Source: an uncultured virus (IMG/VR IMGVR_UViG_3300021389_002231) (Duplodnaviria > Heunggongvirae > Uroviricota > Caudoviricetes). Taken from it: a DNA stretch of 64,000 nt. Below the pieces are notes generated by a model. It searched no databases. It was given only the letters and a program-made list of their open reading frames with translations, and was not told where the DNA came from. Made by a program: the position numbers and the translations under genes. The stretch is from IMG/VR virus record IMGVR_UViG_3300021389_002231; one strand, 5' to 3'. Below, piece after piece: positions 9,814 to 18,919 of this stretch. Numbering within the stretch: position 1 is the stretch's first letter; each line of letters begins with the position of its first letter.

Positions 9814-10245
9814 ATGAAGATATTAATATGTGGACTACCTGGTAGTGGTAAAACAACACTGGCAGAACCGTTAGCAGAAGAATTAGGTGCTCATTGGTTA
9901 AATGCTGATGCAGTTAGAACCGAGTATAATGATTGGGATTTCAGTAAAGAGGGAAGAATGCGACAAGCAGATAGAATGAAATCTATAGCTGATACATTAG
10001 TAAAAGAAGGTCAAATTGTTGTTGCTGATTTTATTTGCCCTACTAAAGAAACAAGAGATTACTTTGGTGCTGATTTTACAATATGGATGGACACTATAAG
10101 TAAAGGAAGATACGAAGATACAAACGCAATGTATGAACGCCTTACTGACGATGAATGGGACTATCATATTGAAGCTTGGTTTGATGATACACACAAACAA
10201 ATAGTACCTATAATAAAGCGTTGGATAAAAACAAATGAGAAATAA
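9814..10245 (+). CDS. Adenylylsulfate kinase-like P-loop kinase
   Basis: GLPGSGKT, LNADAVR, DFSKEGR, FICP resemble CysC. Confidence 0.7.
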   Translation: MKILICGLPGSGKTTLAEPLAEELGAHWLNADAVRTEYNDWDFSKEGRMRQADRMKSIADTLVKEGQIVVADFICPTKETRDYFGADFTIWMDTISKGRYEDTNAMYERLTDDEWDYHIEAWFDDTHKQIVPIIKRWIKTNEK

Positions 10246-10248
10246 TAA

Positions 10249-11031
10249 ATGAACATAACAATATTTGGTTGCGGTTTCGTTGGCGGAACTGTAGCAAACT
10301 ACTTAGAAGAAAAATACGAAGGTGAACGTTACAACATAGTAAAAGTTGATCCGTTGCATTATCCAGATGTTGATCCACAACAAGCGGCAATGGAAGCAGA
10401 TGCAATTATTATATGTGTACCCACTCCAAGTGAATACTTTGGAGAATGTGATGATAGTATAGTTAGACAAGTATTAGAACTATGCGATGAACGTGTTCCT
10501 ATTTTACTTAAAAGTTCAGTAACACCAGATTTAATTAAAAAGTATCCACCAAATGTAATATACAATCCAGAGTTTTTAAGAGAAGCACATGCAGAAAGCG
10601 ACTTTAAAAACCAACATACATTTGTACTAGGACACCACGAGAACAACAAAGAACAAGCAAAAAACTGGGCAGACTTATTTTGTATACCAGAATGGAATGT
10701 AGTTTATACAGACCCATGTACTGCAAGTATGATAAAATACACACATAATGCTTGGCTGGCCACTAAAGTAGCGTGGTTCCATGAATTATACACCGAATTA
10801 CCACCAGGCATTGACTATGATACTATAACTAGTGCCTTAGGCAGGTTTCCTACTATCGGGTCGACACACATGCAAGTGCCAAACAGCAATGGAACCCTAG
10901 GATATAGTGGTGCTTGTTTCCCAAAAGACGTAAAAGCCTTGACAAAAGTGGTAAAACATAGTATACTTAGTACAGTTAAAGAAATAAATGAAACACTTAA
11001 TAAAACTAAAGGAGATCAAAATGAAGATTAA
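10249..11031 (+). CDS. UDP-glucose/GDP-mannose dehydrogenase family (short form)
   Basis: GCGFVG, CVPTP, KSSV, NPEFLRE, GYSGACFPKD. Confidence 0.9.
   Translation: MNITIFGCGFVGGTVANYLEEKYEGERYNIVKVDPLHYPDVDPQQAAMEADAIIICVPTPSEYFGECDDSIVRQVLELCDERVPILLKSSVTPDLIKKYPPNVIYNPEFLREAHAESDFKNQHTFVLGHHENNKEQAKNWADLFCIPEWNVVYTDPCTASMIKYTHNAWLATKVAWFHELYTELPPGIDYDTITSALGRFPTIGSTHMQVPNSNGTLGYSGACFPKDVKALTKVVKHSILSTVKEINETLNKTKGDQNED
10939..10967 (+). promoter_or_regulatory. Sigma70-type promoter inside the upstream gene
   Basis: TTGACA-17 nt-TATACT, about 55 nt before ATG 11021. Confidence 0.7.
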
Positions 11032-11512
11032 AGAAACACTACTAATAGCTGTAGCAGGATTAATATTTTTAATTTTAACTTCACCTGTAAGAGCTGACAG
11101 TTATACGGAAGTTGATGGCTACTTAACACACCATTACAAAACAGTTGAAACACAAAATAGAGTTTCAAACAGAACATGTTCAGAAGTAGATGTTCCTATT
11201 TACAGTAACACTGGTAAAGCACAAACAGGAGAAGTACTTGGTGGTGCAATTATTGGTGGTATACTAGGTAACCAAGTTGGTGGTGGCAAAGGTAAAGATG
11301 CCGCAACTATATTAGGTGCAATACTAGGAGCAGATTTTGCCAATAAAAAAGGTGGCGAGAAAACTATTGTTGGATATAAAAGAACAACAGTATGTGAAGA
11401 CAATCCTACTTTTGTAACTGAAACAACAGAAGTTTATAGTCATAGTACAATTAGATTTGCAGACGGTAATAGACAGTACGATATCAAATTTATTGACGAA
11501 AAAAGAAAATAA
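11021..11512 (+). CDS. Glycine-zipper 2TM domain secreted protein
   Basis: Signal peptide; GAIIGGILGNQVGGGKGKDAATILGAILG. Confidence 0.85.
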   Translation: MKIKETLLIAVAGLIFLILTSPVRADSYTEVDGYLTHHYKTVETQNRVSNRTCSEVDVPIYSNTGKAQTGEVLGGAIIGGILGNQVGGGKGKDAATILGAILGADFANKKGGEKTIVGYKRTTVCEDNPTFVTETTEVYSHSTIRFADGNRQYDIKFIDEKRK

Positions 11513-11519
11513 ACAACAT

Positions 11520-11581
11520 AGAGGACTTTATGCGTCGACCCTCTCTAAATACTCCGCCGTTTAATTTTATAGGAGAATACA
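11520..11581 (+). promoter_or_regulatory. Candidate preQ1-I-like riboswitch variant in the queD leader
   Basis: AGAGG/CCTCT stem, loop ending AC, A-containing tail, GCG:CGC pseudoknot, CTCC anti-SD. Confidence 0.45.
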
Positions 11582-12028
11582 ATGGCTTATTATAGCACAA
11601 AACATTACGGACACAACATTGGACTAAGTGCAGTGTTCCGTCAACCTAATGCAGATCATTCGCATTGCCATTTGCTACACGGATATAGTTTAGCATTTAC
11701 ATTTACATTTGGTTGTAATGAATTAGACAACAAAAACTGGGCAGTTGACTTTGGAGGACTAAAACCTTTAAAGGCTTGGCTAGAAGATAGTTTTGATCAT
11801 AAGGTAGCAGTAGACAAAACAGACCCACACATGGATACACTAAAAGATCTTGAATCAAAAGGTTTAGCAGAACTACGTATCTTTGATGGAGTGGGTGCAG
11901 AAAAGTTTGCCGAACACGCCTTTAACTTTGCAGACAAACTTATACGTGAAGCAACAGATAACAGATGCTATTGCGTTAAAGCCGAGTGTGCAGAACATGG
12001 TGCCAACTCAGCAATCTACGAGGCATAA
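11582..12028 (+). CDS. queD: 6-carboxy-5,6,7,8-tetrahydropterin synthase
   Basis: CHLLHGY, VDFG, FDHK; adjacent to queE. Confidence 0.9.
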   Translation: MAYYSTKHYGHNIGLSAVFRQPNADHSHCHLLHGYSLAFTFTFGCNELDNKNWAVDFGGLKPLKAWLEDSFDHKVAVDKTDPHMDTLKDLESKGLAELRIFDGVGAEKFAEHAFNFADKLIREATDNRCYCVKAECAEHGANSAIYEA

Positions 12029-12928
12029 ATGGATAAACTTAGATATAGTGAAGCATTCTATTCTGTTCAAGGTGAAGGAAAGTTTGTAGGAGTACCTAGT
12101 GTATTCCTTCGTACATTTGGTTGTAACTTTCGTTGTATGAACTTTGGATTAGACAGAGGTGAGCCTAGTAGAGCAGAAAAACATGCGGCAGGCAATCGTT
12201 ATAATGATGAGGTATTAGATCTTATTAATAATGATGTGCATAAGAACACTAAAGAATTTACAGATTTACCAATTATACACACAGGTTGCGATACTTATGC
12301 AAGCATCTATCCTGAATTTAAAGAATTTAATAAGCAAAGATCTATTGACGAAGTAGTAGAACACTTATTAAGTTTAACTCCAGAAGGCAAGTGGACTTGC
12401 GATAATGGGCAAGACATTCATCTTATCCTAACAGGAGGCGAACCGTTGTTGGCGTGGCAACAACTTTACGTACAATTATTTGAACATCCACGTATGGGAG
12501 ATTTACAAAATGTTACAGTTGAAACAAACACTACGCAACACTTACACGACGATCTGTTCCACTATCTCGACAACAATGACAGAATTACAGTCACGTGGTC
12601 TTGTTCGCCAAAGCTCTCCGTTAGTGGAGAATCTTGGGACGATGCTATTAAGCCTGTTGTGGCTAGGGAGTATAGTACTGTTGATGGTAGCGATATCTAT
12701 CTTAAATTTGTTGTTGCTGACAGGACTGATATTGATGAGGCTGGCAAGGCTGTTGATGAATATCGTAAAGCAGGGTTGGATTGTCCTGTGTACCTTATGC
12801 CGTTGGGCGGTAGGTCAGAAGAGTATAATCTCAATGTTCAAGAAGTTGCGAACATCTGTATGGAAAAGGGTTGGAGATTCACCCCAAGACTCCACATCAG
12901 CCTATTCGGAAACGCATGGGGAACCTAA
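12029..12928 (+). CDS. queE: 7-carboxy-7-deazaguanine synthase (radical SAM)
   Basis: FYSVQGEG, VFLRTFGCNFRC...GCDT, LTGGEP, ETN, SPKL, PRLH. Confidence 0.92.
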   Translation: MDKLRYSEAFYSVQGEGKFVGVPSVFLRTFGCNFRCMNFGLDRGEPSRAEKHAAGNRYNDEVLDLINNDVHKNTKEFTDLPIIHTGCDTYASIYPEFKEFNKQRSIDEVVEHLLSLTPEGKWTCDNGQDIHLILTGGEPLLAWQQLYVQLFEHPRMGDLQNVTVETNTTQHLHDDLFHYLDNNDRITVTWSCSPKLSVSGESWDDAIKPVVAREYSTVDGSDIYLKFVVADRTDIDEAGKAVDEYRKAGLDCPVYLMPLGGRSEEYNLNVQEVANICMEKGWRFTPRLHISLFGNAWGT

Positions 12929-12968
12929 AGACGGTCTAGAAGATCGTATAAGAAAAGCAGGATACTAA
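12510..12968 (+). CDS. Candidate overprinted (+1 frame) membrane protein inside queE
   Basis: GGGAG SD 9 nt before in-frame ATG; 152 open codons; queE avoids NTA codons here; ends 6 nt before metK. Confidence 0.45.
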   Translation: MLQLKQTLRNTYTTICSTISTTMTELQSRGLVRQSSPLVENLGTMLLSLLWLGSIVLLMVAISILNLLLLTGLILMRLARLLMNIVKQGWIVLCTLCRWAVGQKSIISMFKKLRTSVWKRVGDSPQDSTSAYSETHGEPKDGLEDRIRKAGY

Positions 12969-12974
12969 AAAATT

Positions 12975-14069
12975 ATGAAGCAAGGCAATTATATTTTTAC
13001 AAGCGAAAGTGTAAGTAAAGGCCACCCAGATAAGGTGTCAGATCAAATTAGTGATGCACTAGTTGATGCAGGATTAAAAAACGGCGACGAGACAACTCGT
13101 GTAGCAGTTGAAACACTTGTAACCACTAACCATGTAACGTTAGCGGGTGAAGTAAAGAACTTTAATGTAAGTAAGGACGAAGTAAAACAAATCGTTCGTG
13201 ACAAAGTTAAAGAGATCGGATATGAACAAGATGGATTCCATTGGGATAAATTAAACATTTATAACGAGATTCATTCACAGTCAGGAGATATTGGATTGGG
13301 AACAGACAGCTTTGGTGCAGGTGACCAAGGTATTATGTTTGGGTATGCATGTACAGACAATGACGCAATGCTACCAGCACCTATTCATTTCTCACATGAG
13401 ATTTTAAAACGACTAGATACATTTAGAGAAAGTGGATATGAATTTCTACTACCAGATGCTAAGTCGCAAGTAAGTGTTCAGTACGAAGGTGGAAAGCCAA
13501 CACGTATTGATCAAATTGTTGTATCACATCAACACAAACAAGGATTTCAACATAGCATTAAGGCACCTATAAAAGAGGCCGCTAATGAAGTATTAGGAGA
13601 TTTAATAGATGAAAACACTGTATGGCACATCAATCCTACTGGTAATTTTGTTATTGGTGGACCCGATGGAGACACAGGTCTCACAGGCAGAAAGATTATT
13701 GTTGATACTTATGGTGGTTTTGCTCCCCATGGTGGTGGCGCATTTAGTGGCAAGGATCCTACCAAAGTAGATAGAAGTGCGGCTTATATGGTACGTTGGT
13801 TAGCAAAGAACGTAGTAGCAGATAATATGGCTGATTGGTGTAGTATTCAACTTAGCTATGCTATTGGTGTTAAAGAACCTACTAGCATTTATGTAGATTC
13901 AAACGGGCACAATAGAAGTATTCAAAAGTATATTGAAGAAAATATTGACTTAACACCCAAAGGAATCATTGACAGATTCGGATTATTCAAGTATAATGAG
14001 TATAGTAAAAATTGTGTTTACGGACACTTTGGCGACAAAGATGTACCGTGGGAAAGTATAGGATGGTAA
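12975..14069 (+). CDS. metK: S-adenosylmethionine synthetase
   Basis: FTSESV..GHPDK, GAGDQG, GGGAFSGKDPTKVDRS. Confidence 0.97.
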   Translation: MKQGNYIFTSESVSKGHPDKVSDQISDALVDAGLKNGDETTRVAVETLVTTNHVTLAGEVKNFNVSKDEVKQIVRDKVKEIGYEQDGFHWDKLNIYNEIHSQSGDIGLGTDSFGAGDQGIMFGYACTDNDAMLPAPIHFSHEILKRLDTFRESGYEFLLPDAKSQVSVQYEGGKPTRIDQIVVSHQHKQGFQHSIKAPIKEAANEVLGDLIDENTVWHINPTGNFVIGGPDGDTGLTGRKIIVDTYGGFAPHGGGAFSGKDPTKVDRSAAYMVRWLAKNVVADNMADWCSIQLSYAIGVKEPTSIYVDSNGHNRSIQKYIEENIDLTPKGIIDRFGLFKYNEYSKNCVYGHFGDKDVPWESIGW

Positions 14070-14354
14070 ATGAGTATGTTAAATAAAATAAAAAATGTAT
14101 TAGGTGTTTCCAGTAATAAAAAAGATACTATGACTGAAAAAGACAAAGCAACTGCACGTGGCGAAGCATATGTTAAGGTGTTAGATGTTAAGTTTGATGC
14201 TGAAAAGCCAAGTGATGGTTACTTTGAATTGGAATGGAATAACGTTTTTGTTAAGCAATTACAAGAAGCTGGTTACAGTGGTGTTGATGAAAATGAAGTA
14301 GTTGATGCATGGTTTACAGGACTTTGTAGAAATATTGCAGAAGACGAATCGTAA
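14070..14354 (+). CDS. Hypothetical protein
   Basis: Coupled ORF. Confidence 0.75.
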   Translation: MSMLNKIKNVLGVSSNKKDTMTEKDKATARGEAYVKVLDVKFDAEKPSDGYFELEWNNVFVKQLQEAGYSGVDENEVVDAWFTGLCRNIAEDES

Positions 14355-14381
14355 TTTAATTTTAAACAATATAGGACCTCT

Positions 14382-15371
14382 ATGATGAGTTATATTTTAG
14401 TAGATGCAGCGAATATGTTTTTTCGTGCTAGACATGTAGTACGTGGAGACATGAACACAAAAATTGGCATGAGTTATCATATCATGTTTAACAGTATTAA
14501 CAAAGTGTTTCGTGAACAAAAAGGTACACATGTTGTATTATGTTTGGAAGGCCGTAGTTGGCGTAAAGATGCATATGAGCCTTACAAGAACAATCGTAAA
14601 GTAGCTCGTGCAGCACTAACAGAAGCAGAACAAGAAGAAGATCAAGCATTTTGGGATGCGTTTGATGGACTAAAGTCTTTCTTTGAGAAGCGTACTAATG
14701 TTACAGTATTACAACATGGAGAGTGTGAAGCAGATGACTTTATTGCTCGTTGGATACAAAATCACCCCACAGACAAACATTGCATTGTAAGTAGCGATAG
14801 TGACTTCTATCAGTTGCTTTCTCCTAATGTACAACAATACAACGGTATTACAGGACAACTTATTACAGTTGAAGGCATCTTTGATGATAAAGGCAAGCCT
14901 GTTATAGATAAGAAAACTAAAGAACCTAAACAACTAGGTGACCCACAGTGGTTGTTATTTGAGAAGTGTATACGTGGTGACACAAGTGATAACGTGTTTA
15001 GTGCATTTCCAGGTGCTCGTAAAAAAGGCACTAAAAACAAAGTAGGCATGATGGAAGCATTTGCTGACAAAGACACTAAGGGTTTTAATTGGAATAACTT
15101 TATGCTACAACGTTGGGTAGATCACAATAACGAAGAACATAGAGTGTTAGAAGATTATGAGCGTAACAAACACATTATTGATCTTACAGCACAACCTGAT
15201 CATATTAAAAGCAAACTAGATGAAGTTATTGTACAACAAGTACAAAAGGAACAGAAGTCACAAGTAGGCATACATTTTATGAAACTATGTGGACAATGGG
15301 ATATGCAACGTCTGGCAGATAGAGCAACAGATCATTCTATGTACTTGAATGCGAGCTACTCTAATGCATAA
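14382..15371 (+). CDS. rnh: T4 RNase H-like 5'-3' exonuclease
   Basis: ILVD, WRK..Y..YK.NR, EADD, SSDSDFYQL, GDTSDNV. Confidence 0.88.
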   Translation: MMSYILVDAANMFFRARHVVRGDMNTKIGMSYHIMFNSINKVFREQKGTHVVLCLEGRSWRKDAYEPYKNNRKVARAALTEAEQEEDQAFWDAFDGLKSFFEKRTNVTVLQHGECEADDFIARWIQNHPTDKHCIVSSDSDFYQLLSPNVQQYNGITGQLITVEGIFDDKGKPVIDKKTKEPKQLGDPQWLLFEKCIRGDTSDNVFSAFPGARKKGTKNKVGMMEAFADKDTKGFNWNNFMLQRWVDHNNEEHRVLEDYERNKHIIDLTAQPDHIKSKLDEVIVQQVQKEQKSQVGIHFMKLCGQWDMQRLADRATDHSMYLNASYSNA

Positions 15372-16080
15372 CGATGTTTATTTATTTGACGTCGATGGTA
15401 CCCTTACTATAAGTAGGACATTAATAGATCCAGAATTTAAAGAGTTTTTCCTAAATTTTATAGCCAATCATAATGTATGTATTGTAACAGGAAGTGACTA
15501 TCATAAAACACTAGAACAGTTAGGCAAAGAAATTATGCACAGTGTTATGCGTTCTTATCAATGCAGTGGCAATAGCATATGGGAAAAAGGTGTGGAAGTG
15601 AGTCGTAATGACTGGATACTAGGAAATGAAGAGCGTGACTTTTTGTTAGATGAATTGTTTAGATCTAGGTTTAAAACTAGAACAGGAACACATTTAGATG
15701 ACAGGCCAGGACTAGTTAACTTTAGTGTAGTAGGCAGAGGTGCCACAACAGAGCAACGAGCAGAATATGTAGCATACGATACTGAACATCAAGAGCGTAA
15801 GTTTATTGCAGAACTATTTAATAACAGATACGGACACAAAGGTGTTAAGGCTCAAGTAGCAGGAGAAACAGGATTAGATATTATACGAGAAGGATGTGAC
15901 AAGGGACAAGTTATAGATGACTTTGATGACTATAATGTGTTCTTTTTTGGTGATATGATGCAGCCGGGTGGTAATGATGAACCGCTTGCTACTACTATTG
16001 CTTCGAGAGGCAATGACAATGATGGCTCTATATGGGTCAAGGATTGGCAGCATACATGGGATATATTAAAGGATTTATAA
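15364..16080 (+). CDS. HAD-IIB hydrolase, phosphomannomutase-like
   Basis: FDVDGTLT, VTGSD, NFSVVGR, DKG, FFGD...GGND. Confidence 0.85.
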   Translation: MHNDVYLFDVDGTLTISRTLIDPEFKEFFLNFIANHNVCIVTGSDYHKTLEQLGKEIMHSVMRSYQCSGNSIWEKGVEVSRNDWILGNEERDFLLDELFRSRFKTRTGTHLDDRPGLVNFSVVGRGATTEQRAEYVAYDTEHQERKFIAELFNNRYGHKGVKAQVAGETGLDIIREGCDKGQVIDDFDDYNVFFFGDMMQPGGNDEPLATTIASRGNDNDGSIWVKDWQHTWDILKDL

Positions 16081-16081
16081 T

Positions 16082-16231
16082 CTGAATATTCAATATGGAT
16101 TGGGATTACTGTTAATTGGGTCAGTAATAACAATAATAGGGTTTTACATTGGTTACAAGATTGGTATGCCAAAAGTAAAAACAAAACAATCAAACCCAGT
16201 AGAAGAATTTTGGAGAAGATTAAATGGATGA
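16082..16231 (+). CDS. 49 aa single-TM protein with CTG start (not in ORF track)
   Basis: NIQYGLGLLLIGSVITIIGFYIGYKIG...; AAGGA SD; fills the gap and couples to the next gene. Confidence 0.55.
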   Translation: MNIQYGLGLLLIGSVITIIGFYIGYKIGMPKVKTKQSNPVEEFWRRLNG

Positions 16232-16427
16232 TTTAGAAAAAGCATATAGAGACTTTGAAAAACTATCTCTTGAATACGACCCTCTAGCGTCAGCAGGAGT
16301 AATGATGGCACAATCAATTAAAATTTATAAAGCATTGCTATCAGAAGAAGAATTTAATTTAATGACTCAACATGTACTTAATAGTGTTGATGACATTGAA
16401 CCACTACAAAGACCAACGTTGCAGTAA
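16224..16427 (+). CDS. Hypothetical protein
   Basis: GGAG SD, coupled. Confidence 0.75.
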   Translation: MDDLEKAYRDFEKLSLEYDPLASAGVMMAQSIKIYKALLSEEEFNLMTQHVLNSVDDIEPLQRPTLQ

Positions 16428-16555
16428 TGAAACACACACTGCAATTTTTTGGTTGTATAGCAGTTGCTTTAGGTCTGGGCATTATTGCAGGACATATGGG
16501 TGGATACACGATTATGTATCTTGATGAATGGGAAACAAACAGGACAATAAAATGA
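16427..16555 (+). CDS. 42 aa single-TM protein (not in ORF track)
   Basis: MKHTLQFFGCIAVALGLGIIAGHMGGY...; TAATG and ATGA coupling. Confidence 0.55.
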   Translation: MKHTLQFFGCIAVALGLGIIAGHMGGYTIMYLDEWETNRTIK

Positions 16556-16878
16556 TTATTGAAAGAGAAGAACTAGAAGGTAAACTTCGTACAAGTATTA
16601 TGGAAGTAAGTTTTAATAAAATTAACGGTGATAAGCGGGTTATGTCGTGTACATTAAATGTATCACATCTGCCACCAGCAACTAAAAAAGATCCACTCAC
16701 ACAAGAAAAGATTCGTAAGATTAACGAAGAAGTTATGAGTGTTTGGGATACAACTGCCAAAGGATTTAGAAGTTTTCGAATGGCAAATATCACTGAAGTT
16801 AAACGACTAGGAAGTGCGTGTTGGTGTGGGAAGAGCGGAAGTTATCCTACTTGTGATAATACACATAAATCTCTATGA
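16552..16878 (+). CDS. WYL_2/DUF2693-like domain fused to CDGSH iron-sulfur motif
   Basis: FNKINGDKRVMSCTL...VWD...GFRSFR, then CWCGKSGSYPTCDNTH. Confidence 0.75.
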   Translation: MIIEREELEGKLRTSIMEVSFNKINGDKRVMSCTLNVSHLPPATKKDPLTQEKIRKINEEVMSVWDTTAKGFRSFRMANITEVKRLGSACWCGKSGSYPTCDNTHKSL

Positions 16879-17321
16879 CACAAAAGATTAAAGAAATTAT
16901 AAAAGACAAGTATTGGATTGTAGAAGGTCAATATGGAAAAGTTGGCACACTACGTAAGGTAGATGAAGGATATGAGTTCTTTGATCAGAACAATAACACA
17001 AAAGAGTTATTAAATAGCCTTGAGAGCTTCAAATCCGTTGATACAGCGGTTGTAGGTGGTGCAACACAAGTATACAAAGGGTTACCAACGAACACGAGTA
17101 TTTTGTACCCTGTTGAACACGATACAATGCCACTGTTTAAAAAAGCAGAAAAAGGCAAGACTGTATTTGTAGCAGGTTATTATATTTTAAAATACGAAGG
17201 AATGGGCTGGCAACATGCGTTCTGTCCCAAACTAGAAACTGTAGAAAAATACGAAACAAGAGGACCATACTTTAGTGAATGGGATATGAATTTAAATTTA
17301 AAGAAAGCGAGGAAGGAATGA
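16875..17321 (+). CDS. Hypothetical protein
   Basis: ATGA-coupled ORF. Confidence 0.8.
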   Translation: MTQKIKEIIKDKYWIVEGQYGKVGTLRKVDEGYEFFDQNNNTKELLNSLESFKSVDTAVVGGATQVYKGLPTNTSILYPVEHDTMPLFKKAEKGKTVFVAGYYILKYEGMGWQHAFCPKLETVEKYETRGPYFSEWDMNLNLKKARKE

Positions 17322-17707
17322 AACTATTATATACATTAGGAGCATTGTTGTTCCTATCAACATCAGTAATGGCACAACAGGAACTTAATCCAACAGTGCC
17401 ACTACCAGTAGAGCCTGTTCCAGAAGTTGAACAAGCACCAACACCTGAAGCGTCACCGTGGAGACAAATTAACAGAGTTATTACATGTAATTCTTTGGGA
17501 ATTGTTAGAAATATACTAGAAACAAATGGACAAACAATATATGCAACTGGTATTAAAACACCAGAGTATTTGCCAATGGATCCATTTGATGGAGTTATTA
17601 TTACTAGAAACGAAATAACGTTAGAATATACTGTATTGCTTATTAAGTCAGATCTAAATATAGCATGTGTATTAGCCGGCGGCCAAAGATTTGAAGTAGT
17701 AGAGTAA
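17318..17707 (+). CDS. Secreted hypothetical protein
   Basis: Signal peptide (VMA-Q), Pro-rich linker, two Cys. Confidence 0.7.
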   Translation: MKLLYTLGALLFLSTSVMAQQELNPTVPLPVEPVPEVEQAPTPEASPWRQINRVITCNSLGIVRNILETNGQTIYATGIKTPEYLPMDPFDGVIITRNEITLEYTVLLIKSDLNIACVLAGGQRFEVVE

Positions 17708-18555
17708 TGCAATCTGTTCCTAACAAACCTTTTATGATTGCACTAGGAACTAGTCATACTAATGGTGATTGTGAAGAAGGTGATTACTACTCCAATACTC
17801 TACAAAATGGCAAAAAAGTTAACTTGGTACAAAAAACTGCATATCAAAGAGTTGCAGAAGAACTAGGATTAGAAATAGTTCAACTTGGATTATCTGGGTG
17901 CGGTAATATGGATTTATTAGAAGCAACAAATGAATTATCCAATAAAGGTTTCTTAAATAACAATTGTAAACTTTTTATACTAGAACCTCGTTGTATAGAT
18001 AATACAGTAAAATTACCACAAGAATTTTTTGAAGAGTTGCCAAATAAAGATTGGGTGCTTGGACATAAAATAAATAGTATACTAGAAGGGTGGGGACCAA
18101 GAAGGGGGTATGACAATAAAGAATACCGGAGTGCTATACAACAGATAGCACATGAAGTTAATGTTACAATTCCTAAGAATTATACAGAGATCTTTCCAGA
18201 CGCCGACCTAACCCTAATACAAAAAGCAAGTGAAGTTCATATATTTTCTGCAGGCACGGCAATGCAACTACACGATCATCTTGTTCATATTGAAACTATA
18301 AAGAATATTGTAATTTCTAATAATATTAATTTTAAATGGCAAACATGGAACTCAATAGCAAGAGAAATAAAAATGTGCAAACATATATTAGGACCAGGAT
18401 CAACTTTATTTGATTACTTTATAGGTGAAATATCACCAGATGCTACTCAAAACATCTCTAAAACGTTCTACTGTTCATGTGGGCATTACAACGAAAAAGG
18501 ACATATAAATTGGTATAATAATATCATTGAGGATATAAAATTAAGCATGAAATAA
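17707..18555 (+). CDS. SGNH/GDSL-like hypothetical protein
   Basis: LGTSHT block I-like, GCGN, C-terminal GHYNEKGH. Confidence 0.5.
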   Translation: MQSVPNKPFMIALGTSHTNGDCEEGDYYSNTLQNGKKVNLVQKTAYQRVAEELGLEIVQLGLSGCGNMDLLEATNELSNKGFLNNNCKLFILEPRCIDNTVKLPQEFFEELPNKDWVLGHKINSILEGWGPRRGYDNKEYRSAIQQIAHEVNVTIPKNYTEIFPDADLTLIQKASEVHIFSAGTAMQLHDHLVHIETIKNIVISNNINFKWQTWNSIAREIKMCKHILGPGSTLFDYFIGEISPDATQNISKTFYCSCGHYNEKGHINWYNNIIEDIKLSMK

Positions 18556-18586
18556 ACCATTAACTGATGTTTTTTTGATGTATTTG

Positions 18587-18594
18587 TATAAATA
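18587..18594 (+). promoter_or_regulatory. T4-type late promoter inside an RBS-sequestering hairpin
   Basis: TATAAATA 22 nt before ATG 18617. Confidence 0.75.
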
Positions 18595-18616
18595 CATGTA
18601 ACAGGAGAAACATTTA

Positions 18617-18919
18617 ATGGCAAGACCAAAACCTACAATTATACTTGACCAAGTGGATAAAAGTTATAATAGTGAACAAATATTAAAAGCAGAGGCAATA
18701 TTCGCAGTGTACTACGAAAGCAACCCAATTAACCTACGAACACTGAATACGTTAGTAAACTATCCAGGTCCTAAGTATAAGAAGGTAAGTTTCTCAAATA
18801 GCGGGCATGCATTTAATTTAGCAGATAGACTTAATAAAAAATTTAATACTGATCTATTTAGTGTAGTGAGATTAATAAATGGGGACACAATCACAAGAGA
18901 TTCAAATAATACAAACTAA
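18617..18919 (+). CDS. Basic hypothetical protein
   Basis: AGGAG SD, late promoter. Confidence 0.8.
   Translation: MARPKPTIILDQVDKSYNSEQILKAEAIFAVYYESNPINLRTLNTLVNYPGPKYKKVSFSNSGHAFNLADRLNKKFNTDLFSVVRLINGDTITRDSNNTN

Noticed and set aside
11883..12089. Another +1 overprinted ORF at the queD 3' end
   Set aside because: Only 68 aa, no SD and no protein features; compatible with chance
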